64,000 nucleotides of DNA. Origin: Acidobacteriota bacterium (GTDB lineage Bacteria; Acidobacteriota; CAIWXX01). The stretch lies in assembly GCA_040755995.1 (NCBI GenBank), contig JBFMAF010000020.1, forward strand, positions 96,001 through 160,000. The letters are read 5' to 3'. The notes under the pieces are model-generated. The model was not told the DNA's origin. It ran no database searches and saw nothing but the letters and a program-made list of their open reading frames with translations. Of this stretch, positions 54,323 to 63,816 are shown one piece after another. The stretch's first letter is position 1. Every line of letters begins with the position of its first letter. The position numbers and the translations under genes are program-made.

Positions 54323-56572
54323 CTAGCGAGGTGTTGTGAATCCCAGACGCTGAGCGTGGATGCGGGCCCGGCAGACGATCGGAGAAATGACCTCCGTCCA
54401 GGCAAGGCAGCCGGGGTAGGCCTTCAACGCTTCTTCATCTCGCCCGCCGAGGTGGAGGTACTCGAAGGCGAAGAGACACCGTCGCTCTGCCTCGATCATC
54501 AAGTCGGCATCGAATGCCTCAAGCGAGAGGCGGTCCAGGAACAACGATGCAATCTTGGGGAGATCGGGGTCGGGTGAGCTCAGCAGCGTCACGAGTGACT
54601 CCTCGGCGTGCGCCCCCTGCCCGTTCTCGAGGTACAGGAGACCCAGGTCGAGACGGCCGTATTCACCCATGTCCGTCAGCGACGAGCCCGACACCAGCGC
54701 GGACTTCACCAGAGCGGCCGCAGCACGGATGTCTCCGCTCGACCACTTGGCGAAAGACGAGTACTCTGCGAACAGGGCGCCTGGATACGGATCATTGGCC
54801 AGCCGCGCTTCCATCTTCCGCGCAACCTGTTCCGCTCCTGCCGCTCTCCCAGCCATGCACAGGACCATGGCCTGTCCGTAGAGACCGCGGAGAGAAAGCC
54901 GCACATTCACCTGCTGGAATTCCCTTTCCATCTGATCGTAGATGGCCAGGGCAGAGTCGTAGTCGCCGGCCATCACGTACACAGTTCCGAGGTACTCCAG
55001 GGCCGCGTGGCGCGGTTTCCCGATCCTCTTCTGGGTCTTGAGGAAGTCAAGCAGACCATCGCGTCGCCCGGGATACGTGGGATGAATGAGGCCGATATGC
55101 AGCGCGGCGCGCTCCGTGAGCAGGGGGACGTCTTCGAAGTGCTCCACAATGAACTTGTGCGTATCCACTGCACGGTCGAGGCGGCCGGTGTAGTAGAAAC
55201 GATCCGCCAACAACAGCAGATCGCTCGCGATCTGATATCGCTGATCCGGGTCGGTAGTAGTCGCCTCGAGATTGATGAAGTGGCTGAACGCGGATTCGAG
55301 GTCACCCTGGAGGGCCAGGGTCCTCCCGGCGTTGATCACGGCCACGCTCTTGAAGTAGTCCGAGGCAGGAGAGGCGCCCACGGACTGGAACGCGGAGAAT
55401 GCATCCGCGTACTGCTTCCGCTCCAGGAGGCACATTCCCAGCTTGAACAACGCCTCGCCCGCCACCGGCTTCCCCTCCTGGTCACGCACAACCCTCTCGT
55501 ACAGGTCCTGAGCGGCAGCGACATCGCCGCGGATGAACAGCTGGTCCCCGACCGTCGTAGGTTCGACCGCCTCGGCCAGCCGCTTCCGGTAGATCCGCAA
55601 GTTGTCGATCCTAATGAGGCCGTCGTAGGTGCCTATCCGCACGACCGAGCAGTCTCTGGCGCTCAGTGGTATCGGGTCCAGGCAGCGAATCTGAACGCGT
55701 CTGTCCAGCGCCACTTGAAGTTCGCTCCCGCTCCGAACCACGGAGGCATGATAGGACCTGTCGCCCTGCAGCGACGGACAGCGGTCAAGCTTGATCTCCA
55801 GGTTGTTGCGGTCTATCTCGGCAACCTCCTGGTCCGCGCCGATGGAGAGACAATACCCGCTGGGCTGCGCGTCGTGGCCGTTTCGAAGGAAGAGCGCGAT
55901 CTCCTTCTTCCCACTGAAGGGGGCGATGGAAGCGTCGAAGTCGATCCGTACGTCCTCCGGGAACTCGCGCACCAGATCGATACTGACGAAGCCGCTGCCC
56001 GATCCGCGCAGTCCGCCGAAGTTGATGTTCCACGTGCCGGATATCGGCAAGAAGTTCGGGCCCGGATCCTGCCGCTCGAAATCGTCCGAGAACTCCAGAG
56101 CCCACTCGGTCGAGTCGTCCCGGACTCCCAGGAGCTGCCATGCGGCCATGGACAGCAGCACCACCACGCCGATCGTCGATCCGATGACCGCACGGTGGCT
56201 GAGAAATCTCTGCCACGCGCGCCGCGGAGTGCGCTCGGAGACTGCCGCTTGCGGCGACTTCGCATCCTCTGTGCGCACTGCCGCTTCACCGGTCCACATG
56301 TATCCTTCACGGGGGATTGTCTTAATCAGATCGCCGCCTTCGGCCAGCGCCTTCCGCAGGTCGGAGACCTGCACTGTCAGAGCTTCGTCGCCGACAACCA
56401 CATCCGGCCAGAGCTTCATCATGAGATCGCGCCGGTTCAGTGGCACACCCGGATTCTGGAGGAAGATCATCAGGAGGTCGCGGGCCTTCGGAGTGATCGT
56501 GACGCTTTGCTCTCCCCGGACCAGAATTCGCTCGACCGGATTCAGCTGATAGCCATTGAACGAGTAGATCAT
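54323..56572 (-). CDS. CadC/ToxR-like membrane-tethered transcriptional regulator (winged helix - TM - beta-sandwich - TPR)
   Basis: LWPDVVVGDEALTVQVSDLRKAL..IKTIPREGY (Trans_reg_C), single TM, FSDDFE..IRIDNLRIY (ConA-like), TPRs (ALFKLGMC). Confidence 0.82.
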   Translation of the reverse strand: MIYSFNGYQLNPVERILVRGEQSVTITPKARDLLMIFLQNPGVPLNRRDLMMKLWPDVVVGDEALTVQVSDLRKALAEGGDLIKTIPREGYMWTGEAAVRTEDAKSPQAAVSERTPRRAWQRFLSHRAVIGSTIGVVVLLSMAAWQLLGVRDDSTEWALEFSDDFERQDPGPNFLPISGTWNINFGGLRGSGSGFVSIDLVREFPEDVRIDFDASIAPFSGKKEIALFLRNGHDAQPSGYCLSIGADQEVAEIDRNNLEIKLDRCPSLQGDRSYHASVVRSGSELQVALDRRVQIRCLDPIPLSARDCSVVRIGTYDGLIRIDNLRIYRKRLAEAVEPTTVGDQLFIRGDVAAAQDLYERVVRDQEGKPVAGEALFKLGMCLLERKQYADAFSAFQSVGASPASDYFKSVAVINAGRTLALQGDLESAFSHFINLEATTTDPDQRYQIASDLLLLADRFYYTGRLDRAVDTHKFIVEHFEDVPLLTERAALHIGLIHPTYPGRRDGLLDFLKTQKRIGKPRHAALEYLGTVYVMAGDYDSALAIYDQMEREFQQVNVRLSLRGLYGQAMVLCMAGRAAGAEQVARKMEARLANDPYPGALFAEYSSFAKWSSGDIRAAAALVKSALVSGSSLTDMGEYGRLDLGLLYLENGQGAHAEESLVTLLSSPDPDLPKIASLFLDRLSLEAFDADLMIEAERRCLFAFEYLHLGGRDEEALKAYPGCLAWTEVISPIVCRARIHAQRLGFTTPR

Positions 56573-56839
56573 CGGCCCGCCCCAGTATCGATGTCCTCGG
56601 GCATCCTAGCATATCTCCCCTGGTGCCTCCAGCCGGCCCGCGTGCGTGACGGAGCGCCATGTGACTATATCGGTTTACCTGCTCGCCGTGGCGAATCAGC
56701 CTAAGTACAGATAGAGCGGGTGCCGGCGGCGGGTAGAAGCCGGTATAGGCTCCGAGGGCGCCCCCCCTTTACTCCTGGGTCCGGTTTGATTACCCTGTTA
56801 ACCGTGAATCGGAGTGGGCCCGCAGGGAAGGAGGCACCA

Positions 56840-58717
56840 ATGGCATACGGCTACGCCGGCAGGATACTGAAGGTCGACCTCGGCACGGGTAGGGTCGAGA
56901 CAGAGGAGACGCTCCAGGGAGACCGCGCGAAGTACCTGGGCGGGAAGGGGCTTGCCACGCGCATCCTGTACGACATGACGAAGCCGGGGCTGGACCCGTA
57001 CGACCCGGCGATGCCGCTCATCTTCTCGACCGGCCCCGTCACCGGTACCAGCGTCCCGCAGTCAAATCGTTTCGTCGTGACGACGCGCTCGCCGCTCACC
57101 GGTGCCATCGCGAACTCCACCTGCGGCGGCGACTTCGCGACCAAGCTGAAGCTCGCGGGTTACGATCTGCTGGTAGTGACGGGCAAGGCCAAGAAGCCTG
57201 TTTGGATCGAGATCCGCGAGGACAAGGTCGCGATCAAGGACGCCGCACAGCTCTGGGGGAAGGGCACTGCAGAGACGCAGGAGAAGCTCCCGCGCGACTG
57301 CGGCTTCGCCGTGATCGGCCCCGCGGGCGAGAACAAGGTTCGCTTCGCCTGCGTCGTCTCCGGCCACCGGGTGGCGGGACGGACGGGTGTGGGCGCCGTG
57401 ATGGGCTCGAAGAATCTCAAGGCCGTTGCGGCGACAGGATCGAAGAAGTTCGAGATCATGGACGAGAAGGAGCTCCGGGAGTTCCACAAGCACATGGTCA
57501 AGTTCCTCAAGGACCACCCGATGACCGGCGGAATCCTGCCGCGGCTCGGAACGGCGAACCTGGTGCAGACAACAGCGGGCCGCAACATCATCCCGACGTT
57601 CAACTTCCAGCAGGGCCACCACGCCGAAACGATCAACCTCACGGGCGAGGAGATGGCGGCCCGGCACCTGGCGAAGCAGGGCGGATGCGTCGCCTGCCCG
57701 ATCAGGTGCGGGCGGCAGGTGAGGCACGAGGGGAGAGTGACGAAGGGCCCCGAGTTCGAGACGATCGGCCTCATGGGGAACAATCTGGGCGTTTTCAACC
57801 TGCCGGATGTCTTCACTCTCGGGGCGCTATGCGACGATCTCGGCATGGATTCGATTTCGACTGGCAACAGCATCGGATTCGCGGCCGAGCTGAACCAGCG
57901 CGGGATGTGGAAGAACGGGGTGGAGTTCGGCAAGGCCGATGCGATCGCAGAGCTGCTTCGGAAGATCGCTCATCGCGACGGCGTCGGCGACGAAATCGCC
58001 GAGGGGACGAAGCGAATGGCCGAGAAGCACGGCGGTGTCGATTTCGCGATCAACGTGAAGGGACTCGAGCTGCCCGCGTACGATCCGCGAGGCTGCTTCG
58101 GGCAGGGGCTGGAGTACGCCACGACGCCGCGCGGCGGATGCCACATAAACGGTGCCACGATGTACCTCGAGGCCACCGGGCCGATCTGCCTCGACCCGCA
58201 TTCCATCAAAGCCAAGCCGCCGCTCGTCGTGCTTCAGCAGAACCTCGCCGCGGCGATCAGCTCATCGATATTCTGCCAGTTCTCCGCATACGCGGTGATC
58301 CCAAAGCAGGCGTTCGGTCTCGACCCGCAAGGGACGCTGTACCACCTCATCACCACGGCGCTTCTCAACTCGGGCTTCGTCCTGAGGCTGGCGGTGCAGA
58401 GCCACATGCCGCTCAAAGTCTTCTGGTTCGAGAAGTACCTGTCGATGATCTTCGGCCGCCGGGTGACCATGGGCGAGTTCGTCGAGTACGGCAGGCGCGC
58501 GTTCCAGATGGAGAAGCTTTACAACTGCCGCGAGGGTTTTGCGCGCAAAGACGACACGCTGCCGGCCCGTCTGCTCAACGAATCCACCTTCAAGGACGTG
58601 ATGAAGGCCGGCGTTCCGCTCGACGACATGCTCGACGAGTACTACCGCATACGCGGCTACGACAGCAACGGAGTGATCACCCAGAAAGAGCTCGACCGGC
58701 TGGGGATTCGAGCGTGA
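56840..58717 (+). CDS. aor: Aldehyde:ferredoxin oxidoreductase (tungsten pterin, AOR family)
   Basis: GYAGRILKVDL, YLGGKGL, RSPLTG, IGPAGE, GAVMGSKNLKA, CVACPIRC, GPEFET, CDDLGMDSISTG, KGLELPAYDPRG. Confidence 0.95.
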   Translation: MAYGYAGRILKVDLGTGRVETEETLQGDRAKYLGGKGLATRILYDMTKPGLDPYDPAMPLIFSTGPVTGTSVPQSNRFVVTTRSPLTGAIANSTCGGDFATKLKLAGYDLLVVTGKAKKPVWIEIREDKVAIKDAAQLWGKGTAETQEKLPRDCGFAVIGPAGENKVRFACVVSGHRVAGRTGVGAVMGSKNLKAVAATGSKKFEIMDEKELREFHKHMVKFLKDHPMTGGILPRLGTANLVQTTAGRNIIPTFNFQQGHHAETINLTGEEMAARHLAKQGGCVACPIRCGRQVRHEGRVTKGPEFETIGLMGNNLGVFNLPDVFTLGALCDDLGMDSISTGNSIGFAAELNQRGMWKNGVEFGKADAIAELLRKIAHRDGVGDEIAEGTKRMAEKHGGVDFAINVKGLELPAYDPRGCFGQGLEYATTPRGGCHINGATMYLEATGPICLDPHSIKAKPPLVVLQQNLAAAISSSIFCQFSAYAVIPKQAFGLDPQGTLYHLITTALLNSGFVLRLAVQSHMPLKVFWFEKYLSMIFGRRVTMGEFVEYGRRAFQMEKLYNCREGFARKDDTLPARLLNESTFKDVMKAGVPLDDMLDEYYRIRGYDSNGVITQKELDRLGIRA

Positions 58718-58728
58718 AGGAGGTCTGA

Positions 58729-58977
58729 ATGGCACGCCTGTACTTTCCGTTCGAAGTCGCCGAGAAGGCCGGGAAGAAGTCTCTGGCGCTCGATGCGCCT
58801 GACATCGAGACGTTGCTGCAGAAGGGCTCGGCGGAGACCGGCGCGGACCTCCTCGATGCCTCGAAGAGGTGTGCGATCCTCGTCAACGGCCGGAACATCT
58901 GGTACCTCAAGGGCTTCTCCACACCGCTGAAGCCCGAGGACGAGGTCTGGTTCGTCGCCATCTCGAGCGGCGGGTAG
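58729..58977 (+). CDS. moaD: MoaD/ThiS family sulfur carrier
   Basis: ILVNGRNI..TPLKPEDEV, C-terminal SGG; directly follows aor. Confidence 0.88.
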   Translation: MARLYFPFEVAEKAGKKSLALDAPDIETLLQKGSAETGADLLDASKRCAILVNGRNIWYLKGFSTPLKPEDEVWFVAISSGG

Positions 58978-59160
58978 CGCGAGCCACAGAGTGGCGTGAC
59001 AAGGTCGTGTGTGCCCGCGCCGAGACGCCTGCTCTGAACCCGATCGGCGCTGGACCTACCTGACGGCCCCGGCCGGCTCGGTGCCCGAGCGCCCGGCCGG
59101 CCACAGCTCTCCCGCGGCTGGGGGTGGCCAGGCCGCTGGCGCGGGACGTGTCGAGAGCCC

Positions 59161-59619
59161 TCACTCACCACGCAGGCTCCGGCGGATCTCGTTCTCCCAC
59201 TCGCCGATCATCTGCTCGTGCTCCTCCTGCGTGAAGGACCTCACGAGATCGTCGCCGTCTGCTGAGAGCGCCGTATAGTCGTATCGCACGGCAGCTCGCG
59301 TCGTCGAATGATCCACCGCGCGGCACTCGACGACGACGCGGGCGATGAACCATCCCGGCGTGTGGCGATGATACTCGACGAAGTGGTGCTCACGGTCCAG
59401 GTGCGTCAGGACCCATACGGTCTCGAGCCCCCGCCACCGCGTCGTGAAGACCATGCCTTGAGTCGTGTCTCCTCCGGCCGGCCAGATGTACTCAGGGTCC
59501 CAGTCCGTGGCCCAGGACCTCTCACCCTCAGGCGTGAACAGTAGGAACGCCTCCTCGACGGGCCGCCACACCGTGAGCTCGGCCTCGCGCCTGGCGTGTG
59601 CATGCTTCGAATCGGTCAT
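59161..59619 (-). CDS. SRPBCC (START-like) family protein, cytoplasmic
   Basis: PVEEAFLLFTPEGERSWATDWDP, GMVFTT, YDYTALSADG. Confidence 0.75.
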   Translation of the reverse strand: MTDSKHAHARREAELTVWRPVEEAFLLFTPEGERSWATDWDPEYIWPAGGDTTQGMVFTTRWRGLETVWVLTHLDREHHFVEYHRHTPGWFIARVVVECRAVDHSTTRAAVRYDYTALSADGDDLVRSFTQEEHEQMIGEWENEIRRSLRGE

Positions 59620-59933
59620 TGCTTCCGTCCCTTCGCCGGCGTCCCGCGCCCTTCGTACAGCCGGTGGCTCGCCTCGGCCGTCAGGTCGAGGCCGTAGAAC
59701 TGTCTGAGCTGTGCGATCCGCCGCAGATTGGCCTGATCGAACGGAAGCTTGCCCTCGAAGACGTGCAAAACAATCCCTTCGACGAGATCGCCGAGCGTGA
59801 TATCGTGATACTCTGCGAGCGTCTTCAGAACCTTGAGCAGCCGCTTCTCCACCCGCACTCCGGTCTGCGCGCGCTCGACCAGAATCCGCTCGCGTTGCAC
59901 CGCTTGCCCCTTCTCCGTCTTGCGTTCCCTCAT
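59616..59933 (-). CDS. Ribbon-helix-helix-like DNA-binding protein
   Basis: RAQTGVRVEKRLLKVLKTLAEYHDITLGDLVEGIVLH pattern (strand-helix-helix); ATGA-coupled on both sides. Confidence 0.7.
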   Translation of the reverse strand: MRERKTEKGQAVQRERILVERAQTGVRVEKRLLKVLKTLAEYHDITLGDLVEGIVLHVFEGKLPFDQANLRRIAQLRQFYGLDLTAEASHRLYEGRGTPAKGRKQ

Positions 59934-60556
59934 TGCCCGCCTCCCTTGTCTGGCTTCGCCTGCGGCCGGGCCCCCGACAGCTGGCGGCTGTCCGGCAGTG
60001 ATCGGCCTGTGGTCAGATAGTGATTCATCGCAGCCTCCCACAGCTTCATGTACTGGTGGAAGAGCTCACCGGCATGCATCTCCACGGCGCGACTACCCGA
60101 CTCCGTCAGTGCCGTCCATTCGTAACTCACCCGTGCCACGCTCCTGCCCGGCGCGCCCCCCTCAACCTCGATACGGAGCAACGTCAGGCGGTTCTCGGGG
60201 TTCACGAGAATCATCTCGGCGAACCCTTTCTCGGCGTCGAAATGCCGAACGAACCAGATCGTCTGCTGGTCTCCATCGCGCGTACGGAAGATCGTCCCTT
60301 CGCCGTTGCAGCCGCCTTCGCAGCGTACGAACTCCGGGTTCCATCCGTCCACCCATTGCTTCTCTCCTTCCGGCCCAAACAACGGGAAGACGATTTCCGG
60401 TGGCGCAGCGAGGCTCAACAGGAAGCTCCTCGATAGACTCTTCGCGCTCAACGGCACCTCGGCTCCCGCCAGCGGCTGCGTGTCCAGCGTCGCAAGAACC
60501 GCCGCCGACAGCGTCACCGCGCAGGCACCCATTGCCCTTCTCCACCTGCCATTCAT
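59930..60556 (-). CDS. SRPBCC family protein with signal peptide
   Basis: Leader ..AVTLSAAVLA..PLAGA, then PPEIVFPLFGPEGEKQWVDGWNP, GTIFRT, YEWTALTESG; RBS AAAGGAGAG. Confidence 0.75.
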   Translation of the reverse strand: MNGRWRRAMGACAVTLSAAVLATLDTQPLAGAEVPLSAKSLSRSFLLSLAAPPEIVFPLFGPEGEKQWVDGWNPEFVRCEGGCNGEGTIFRTRDGDQQTIWFVRHFDAEKGFAEMILVNPENRLTLLRIEVEGGAPGRSVARVSYEWTALTESGSRAVEMHAGELFHQYMKLWEAAMNHYLTTGRSLPDSRQLSGARPQAKPDKGGGQ

Positions 60557-60602
60557 CTGCCTCTCCTTTCTGTCATCGCTTCGCTCATGTGACCCAGTGG
60601 AC

Positions 60603-60668
60603 GGTACATGTATCCCTGTGTACCCATGTACCAAGGTAAATCATACAATCCCGGCAAAGGCATGTCAA
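60603..60668 (-). promoter_or_regulatory. Sigma70 promoter of the SRPBCC-RHH operon with downstream GGTACA-type repeats
   Basis: Minus strand TTGACA (60668-60663), 17 nt, TATGAT (60645-60640); GGTACA/TGTACC hexamers at 60603, 60619 and 60627 and a near match at 60609. Confidence 0.65.
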
Positions 60669-60860
60669 GGGCTTCTCGGTGCACGGCTCTTCAGCACGCT
60701 GCCCCGGCTTGACACCAGGAGTCCCTGCGCAGATGATTGCGCGGTGACCGGCCGAGAGTCGAACCATCCTGCCAGACGGCTTCTGGCGGAGCGGCCGGGC
60801 GCCATGGCGCCTCTGCCGGATACGACGGCCCGGAGCCGGCGTTGCTGCGAGGAGGAGAGA

Positions 60861-62570
60861 ATGAGCATGAGAAGCAAGTGCGCTGTTTTCGCCTGGGCTG
60901 TCCTACTTGCCGTCACGCCGTGCTTCGCTGAACAGGCCGAACTTGTTCTGATCAACGGCCGGATCGCGACTGTCGACAAGGCCAATCGCATCGCGCAGGC
61001 CGTCGCGATCAAGGGCGACAGAATCCTGGCGGTGGGTTCCGGCGAAGAGATCCGTGCGTACATCGCGGCCGGCACGAAGGTCGTGGACCTTCGGGGCGCC
61101 TTCGCCATGCCGGGCTTCATCGAATCGCACGGCCACCTGCTGTCGCTCGGCCGCTCCAAGATGCAGCTCGACCTCACCCGCGCCCGGTCGTGGGACGACA
61201 TAGTCGCGATGGTGGCCGAGGCTGCCAGGGAGGCCCGGCCCGGCCAGTGGATCGGCGGCCGCGGCTGGCACCAAGACAAGTGGGATAATGTGCCAGAACC
61301 GAATGTCCAGGGGCTGCCGTTGCACGACAAGCTGAGCTCCGCGGCCCCGCGGAACCCTGTCATCCTCGTGCACGCCAGCGGCCACTCGTGCCTCGCCAAC
61401 GCGAAGGCCATGGAGCTGGCCGGCGTGAACAAGGACACCAAGTCCCCGGGCGGCGGGGAGATCGTCAAGGATGCATCCGGCATTCCGATCGGCGCCTTTC
61501 TCGAGAATGCGCAGGACTTGATCTACGATGCGCTGAACAAGCACGAGATGATGATGCCGGCCGCTGAACGCGCCGCGCTCGAGGAGAAGGCCCTGGATCT
61601 GGCGCAGGCGGACTGCCTCGCCAAAGGCGTGACCTCGTTCGGCGATGCCGGCGTCTCGTTCGGGACGGTTGACATGTACAAGCGGCGTGCCGAAGCCCAC
61701 ACTCTCGGAGTGCGTATCTACGCCATGGTGAGCGAGAACAATGACTCTCTTGAGAAGCGGCTGAGCCAGTACAAGTGCGTCGGGCTCGGAGACAACTTCC
61801 TGACCGTGAGGGCCGTGAAGCGGCTGATCGACGGCGCGCTGGGCGCGCGCGGAGCATGGCTGCTCGCCCCGTACGCCGACCTCACATCGAGCACCGGGAT
61901 GTGCACGGAGCCGCTGCCGGAGTTGAGAAGGACAGCCGAGATCTGCATCCGCGAAGGCTTCCAGCTCTGTACGCACGCGATCGGAGATCGCGGCAATCGG
62001 GAGGCGCTCGATATCTACCAGGAGACGTTCGCCGTGCATCCCGAGAGACGCGATCTCCGCTGGCGGATCGAGCACGCGCAGCACATAGACCCGGCCGACA
62101 TCCCGCGCTTCGGCAAGCTCGGCGTCATCGCCGCCATGCAGGGCATCCACTGCACCTCCGACGCCCCGTGGGTGATCAAACGACTCGGAACGGAAAGAGC
62201 CGAGGCGGACGCCTACGCCTGGCGCAAGCTGATCGACAACGGTGCCGTCATCTGCAACGGCACGGATGTTCCGGTCGAGGACGGGAATCCGATCCCGTCG
62301 TTCTACGCGTCGGTCACGCGAAGGCTGAAGGACGGCACCACCTTCTTCGCCGCGCAGCGGATGACGCGCGAGGAAGCTCTGCGGTCGTACACGATCAACG
62401 GCGCGTTCGCGGCCTTCGAGGATACGATCAAGGGATCGATCGAACCCGGCAAGCTGGCGGACATCGTAGTGCTCTCAGGCGACCTCCTGGCTCTCCCCGA
62501 CGATGACGTCCCCAAGGTGCGGGTGCTGATGACCATCGTCGGCGGGCGCGTCGTCATCGACGCACGATAG
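60861..62570 (+). CDS. Exported amidohydrolase 3 (YtcJ-like)
   Basis: Signal peptide, MPGFIESHGH, DGALGARGAWL, THAIGD, RIEHAQ, GTDVPVE, GSIEPGKLADIVVL; RBS GGAGGAG. Confidence 0.92.
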   Translation: MSMRSKCAVFAWAVLLAVTPCFAEQAELVLINGRIATVDKANRIAQAVAIKGDRILAVGSGEEIRAYIAAGTKVVDLRGAFAMPGFIESHGHLLSLGRSKMQLDLTRARSWDDIVAMVAEAAREARPGQWIGGRGWHQDKWDNVPEPNVQGLPLHDKLSSAAPRNPVILVHASGHSCLANAKAMELAGVNKDTKSPGGGEIVKDASGIPIGAFLENAQDLIYDALNKHEMMMPAAERAALEEKALDLAQADCLAKGVTSFGDAGVSFGTVDMYKRRAEAHTLGVRIYAMVSENNDSLEKRLSQYKCVGLGDNFLTVRAVKRLIDGALGARGAWLLAPYADLTSSTGMCTEPLPELRRTAEICIREGFQLCTHAIGDRGNREALDIYQETFAVHPERRDLRWRIEHAQHIDPADIPRFGKLGVIAAMQGIHCTSDAPWVIKRLGTERAEADAYAWRKLIDNGAVICNGTDVPVEDGNPIPSFYASVTRRLKDGTTFFAAQRMTREEALRSYTINGAFAAFEDTIKGSIEPGKLADIVVLSGDLLALPDDDVPKVRVLMTIVGGRVVIDAR

Positions 62571-62582
62571 GCGCGCCGGCGC

Positions 62583-62756
62583 GTTCTTGTGCCGCCCCTG
62601 CGGGGCTCGCCGATCTTGTGCACATCGTAACCCAGGGCTGAAGCCCTGGGCTATCGTTCTTTCGCCCCTCGGGGGCTCCCGGAGAGGCGGACAATGTTAC
62701 TGAGCTAGGCGCAGGGGTGACGCCCGGGGCTACGGTTCTTTCGCCCCTTCGGGGCT
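62583..62756. repeat. REP/BIME-like element copy 2 (62583-62677) plus partial copy 3 (62710-62756)
   Basis: Same 95-bp layout as 23846-23940; third partial unit GCAGGGGTGACGCCCGGGGCTACGGTTCTTTCGCCCCTTCGGGGCT; lies between convergent genes. Confidence 0.8.
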
Positions 62757-62789
62757 CCGGGAGGGAATGTACCAGGTCCGGGGGACGGC

Positions 62790-63170
62790 TCAGGCAAAGA
62801 GGGCGCCGTGTTCGGCGAGGAGCTCGCGAAGCAACGACCGGTGGCACTTGGTCTCGTCGGCACAGTAGCATCCCACCGAGAAGTTGGTTTGCTTCGAGAG
62901 CGCCGCGAGGAAGTCGAGCAGGTGGCTTCTTTCCTTCATCTCGATGCGGTATCGCCGGGCGAATGCGCGCCAGCTCCGGTCATCGTCGGCCGCATGTGCG
63001 GATTTCAGAAGCGCTTCGCTGGGCGCGAGCTCCGGCAGCCAGGCGTCGTAGAAGTTGCGCGACGCGAACTCGGCCTTTGGAACGCCGCGCGGCGGCCGCC
63101 GCACGGTTCCGATGCGGAGCCCCTCTGCTTCCAGGCGCGGGCTCCCCAGGCGGACTACGTGAATCGCCAT
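62790..63170 (-). CDS. DUF488/YeaO family protein
   Basis: EGLRIGTVRRPPRGVPK, WLPELAPS, GCYCADETKCHRSLL. Confidence 0.88.
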   Translation of the reverse strand: MAIHVVRLGSPRLEAEGLRIGTVRRPPRGVPKAEFASRNFYDAWLPELAPSEALLKSAHAADDDRSWRAFARRYRIEMKERSHLLDFLAALSKQTNFSVGCYCADETKCHRSLLRELLAEHGALFA

Positions 63171-63182
63171 CTTGTCCCCCCC

Positions 63183-63665
63183 TCAGGCTTCCAGTATCAG
63201 GCAGGTAGCTGTGGCGTACGCGTAGAGGCGCCCCTGGGCGTCTTCCATCCGCGCTTCGGTCAGCGCCGTGCGCTTGCCGCGATGCAGCACCTTGCCCACT
63301 GCGCGCAGGACGCCGGTGTCCGGCTGCACAGGGCGCACCAGGTTCACCTTCAACTCGATCGTCGTATAGCCCACGCCCTTTGGCAGCAGCGTATGGAGCG
63401 CCACGCCGAGCGGCGCGTCGAGCACTGCTGCATACCAGCCGCCGTGCACGCTGCCGATCGGGTTGTACGCCCACGGGCCGGCCTCGGTCTCGAACACGGC
63501 CATCCCCTCGGCAACTTCCACCAGGCCGAAACCCAGCGTGACGCCGATCGGCACACGGCGCCGCTCGGCGATGAGCCGGCGGTTGTACTCGATGCCCGGC
63601 AGATGGCGCGCTTCGCGCCCCAGCTCGATCGGGTCGTCCCAGGTGGTCGTGCGACTGTTCTCCAC
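63183..63665 (-). CDS. PaaI family (hotdog) thioesterase
   Basis: YNPIGSVHGG..LD, YTTIELKVNLVRP, LYAYATATCLI. Confidence 0.9.
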   Translation of the reverse strand: MENSRTTTWDDPIELGREARHLPGIEYNRRLIAERRRVPIGVTLGFGLVEVAEGMAVFETEAGPWAYNPIGSVHGGWYAAVLDAPLGVALHTLLPKGVGYTTIELKVNLVRPVQPDTGVLRAVGKVLHRGKRTALTEARMEDAQGRLYAYATATCLILEA

Positions 63666-63759
63666 TGTGCTCTCTCCCCTTGCTCGATCAGCCGGAAGCC
63701 TATCAGGCCCTCTTCACGGGCGCAACCGCGCTGCGGCGGGTTGTAGGAGTCTCTCGAGT

Positions 63760-63787
63760 GTGCTACGATTCTAGAGAATGGTAGCAC
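63760..63787. promoter_or_regulatory. NikR-like operator palindrome GTGCTAC-N14-GTAGCAC overlapping a promoter
   Basis: Perfect 7-bp inverted arms plus inner ATTCT/AGAAT; overlaps -10 TACGAT (63764-63769), which lies 17 nt after TTGTAG. Confidence 0.6.
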
Positions 63788-63816
63788 GAGATCGTCGACT
63801 CGAGGACTAGAAGCCG

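Noticed and set aside
54608..56704. 698-aa plus-strand ORF, and similar long ORFs at 9591-11171, 17807-19306, 23835-25466, 26226-27908, 34111-35640 and 57202-58728
   Set aside because: Antisense or alternate-frame shadows of well-supported genes, expected in GC-rich DNA, with no recognisable motifs.
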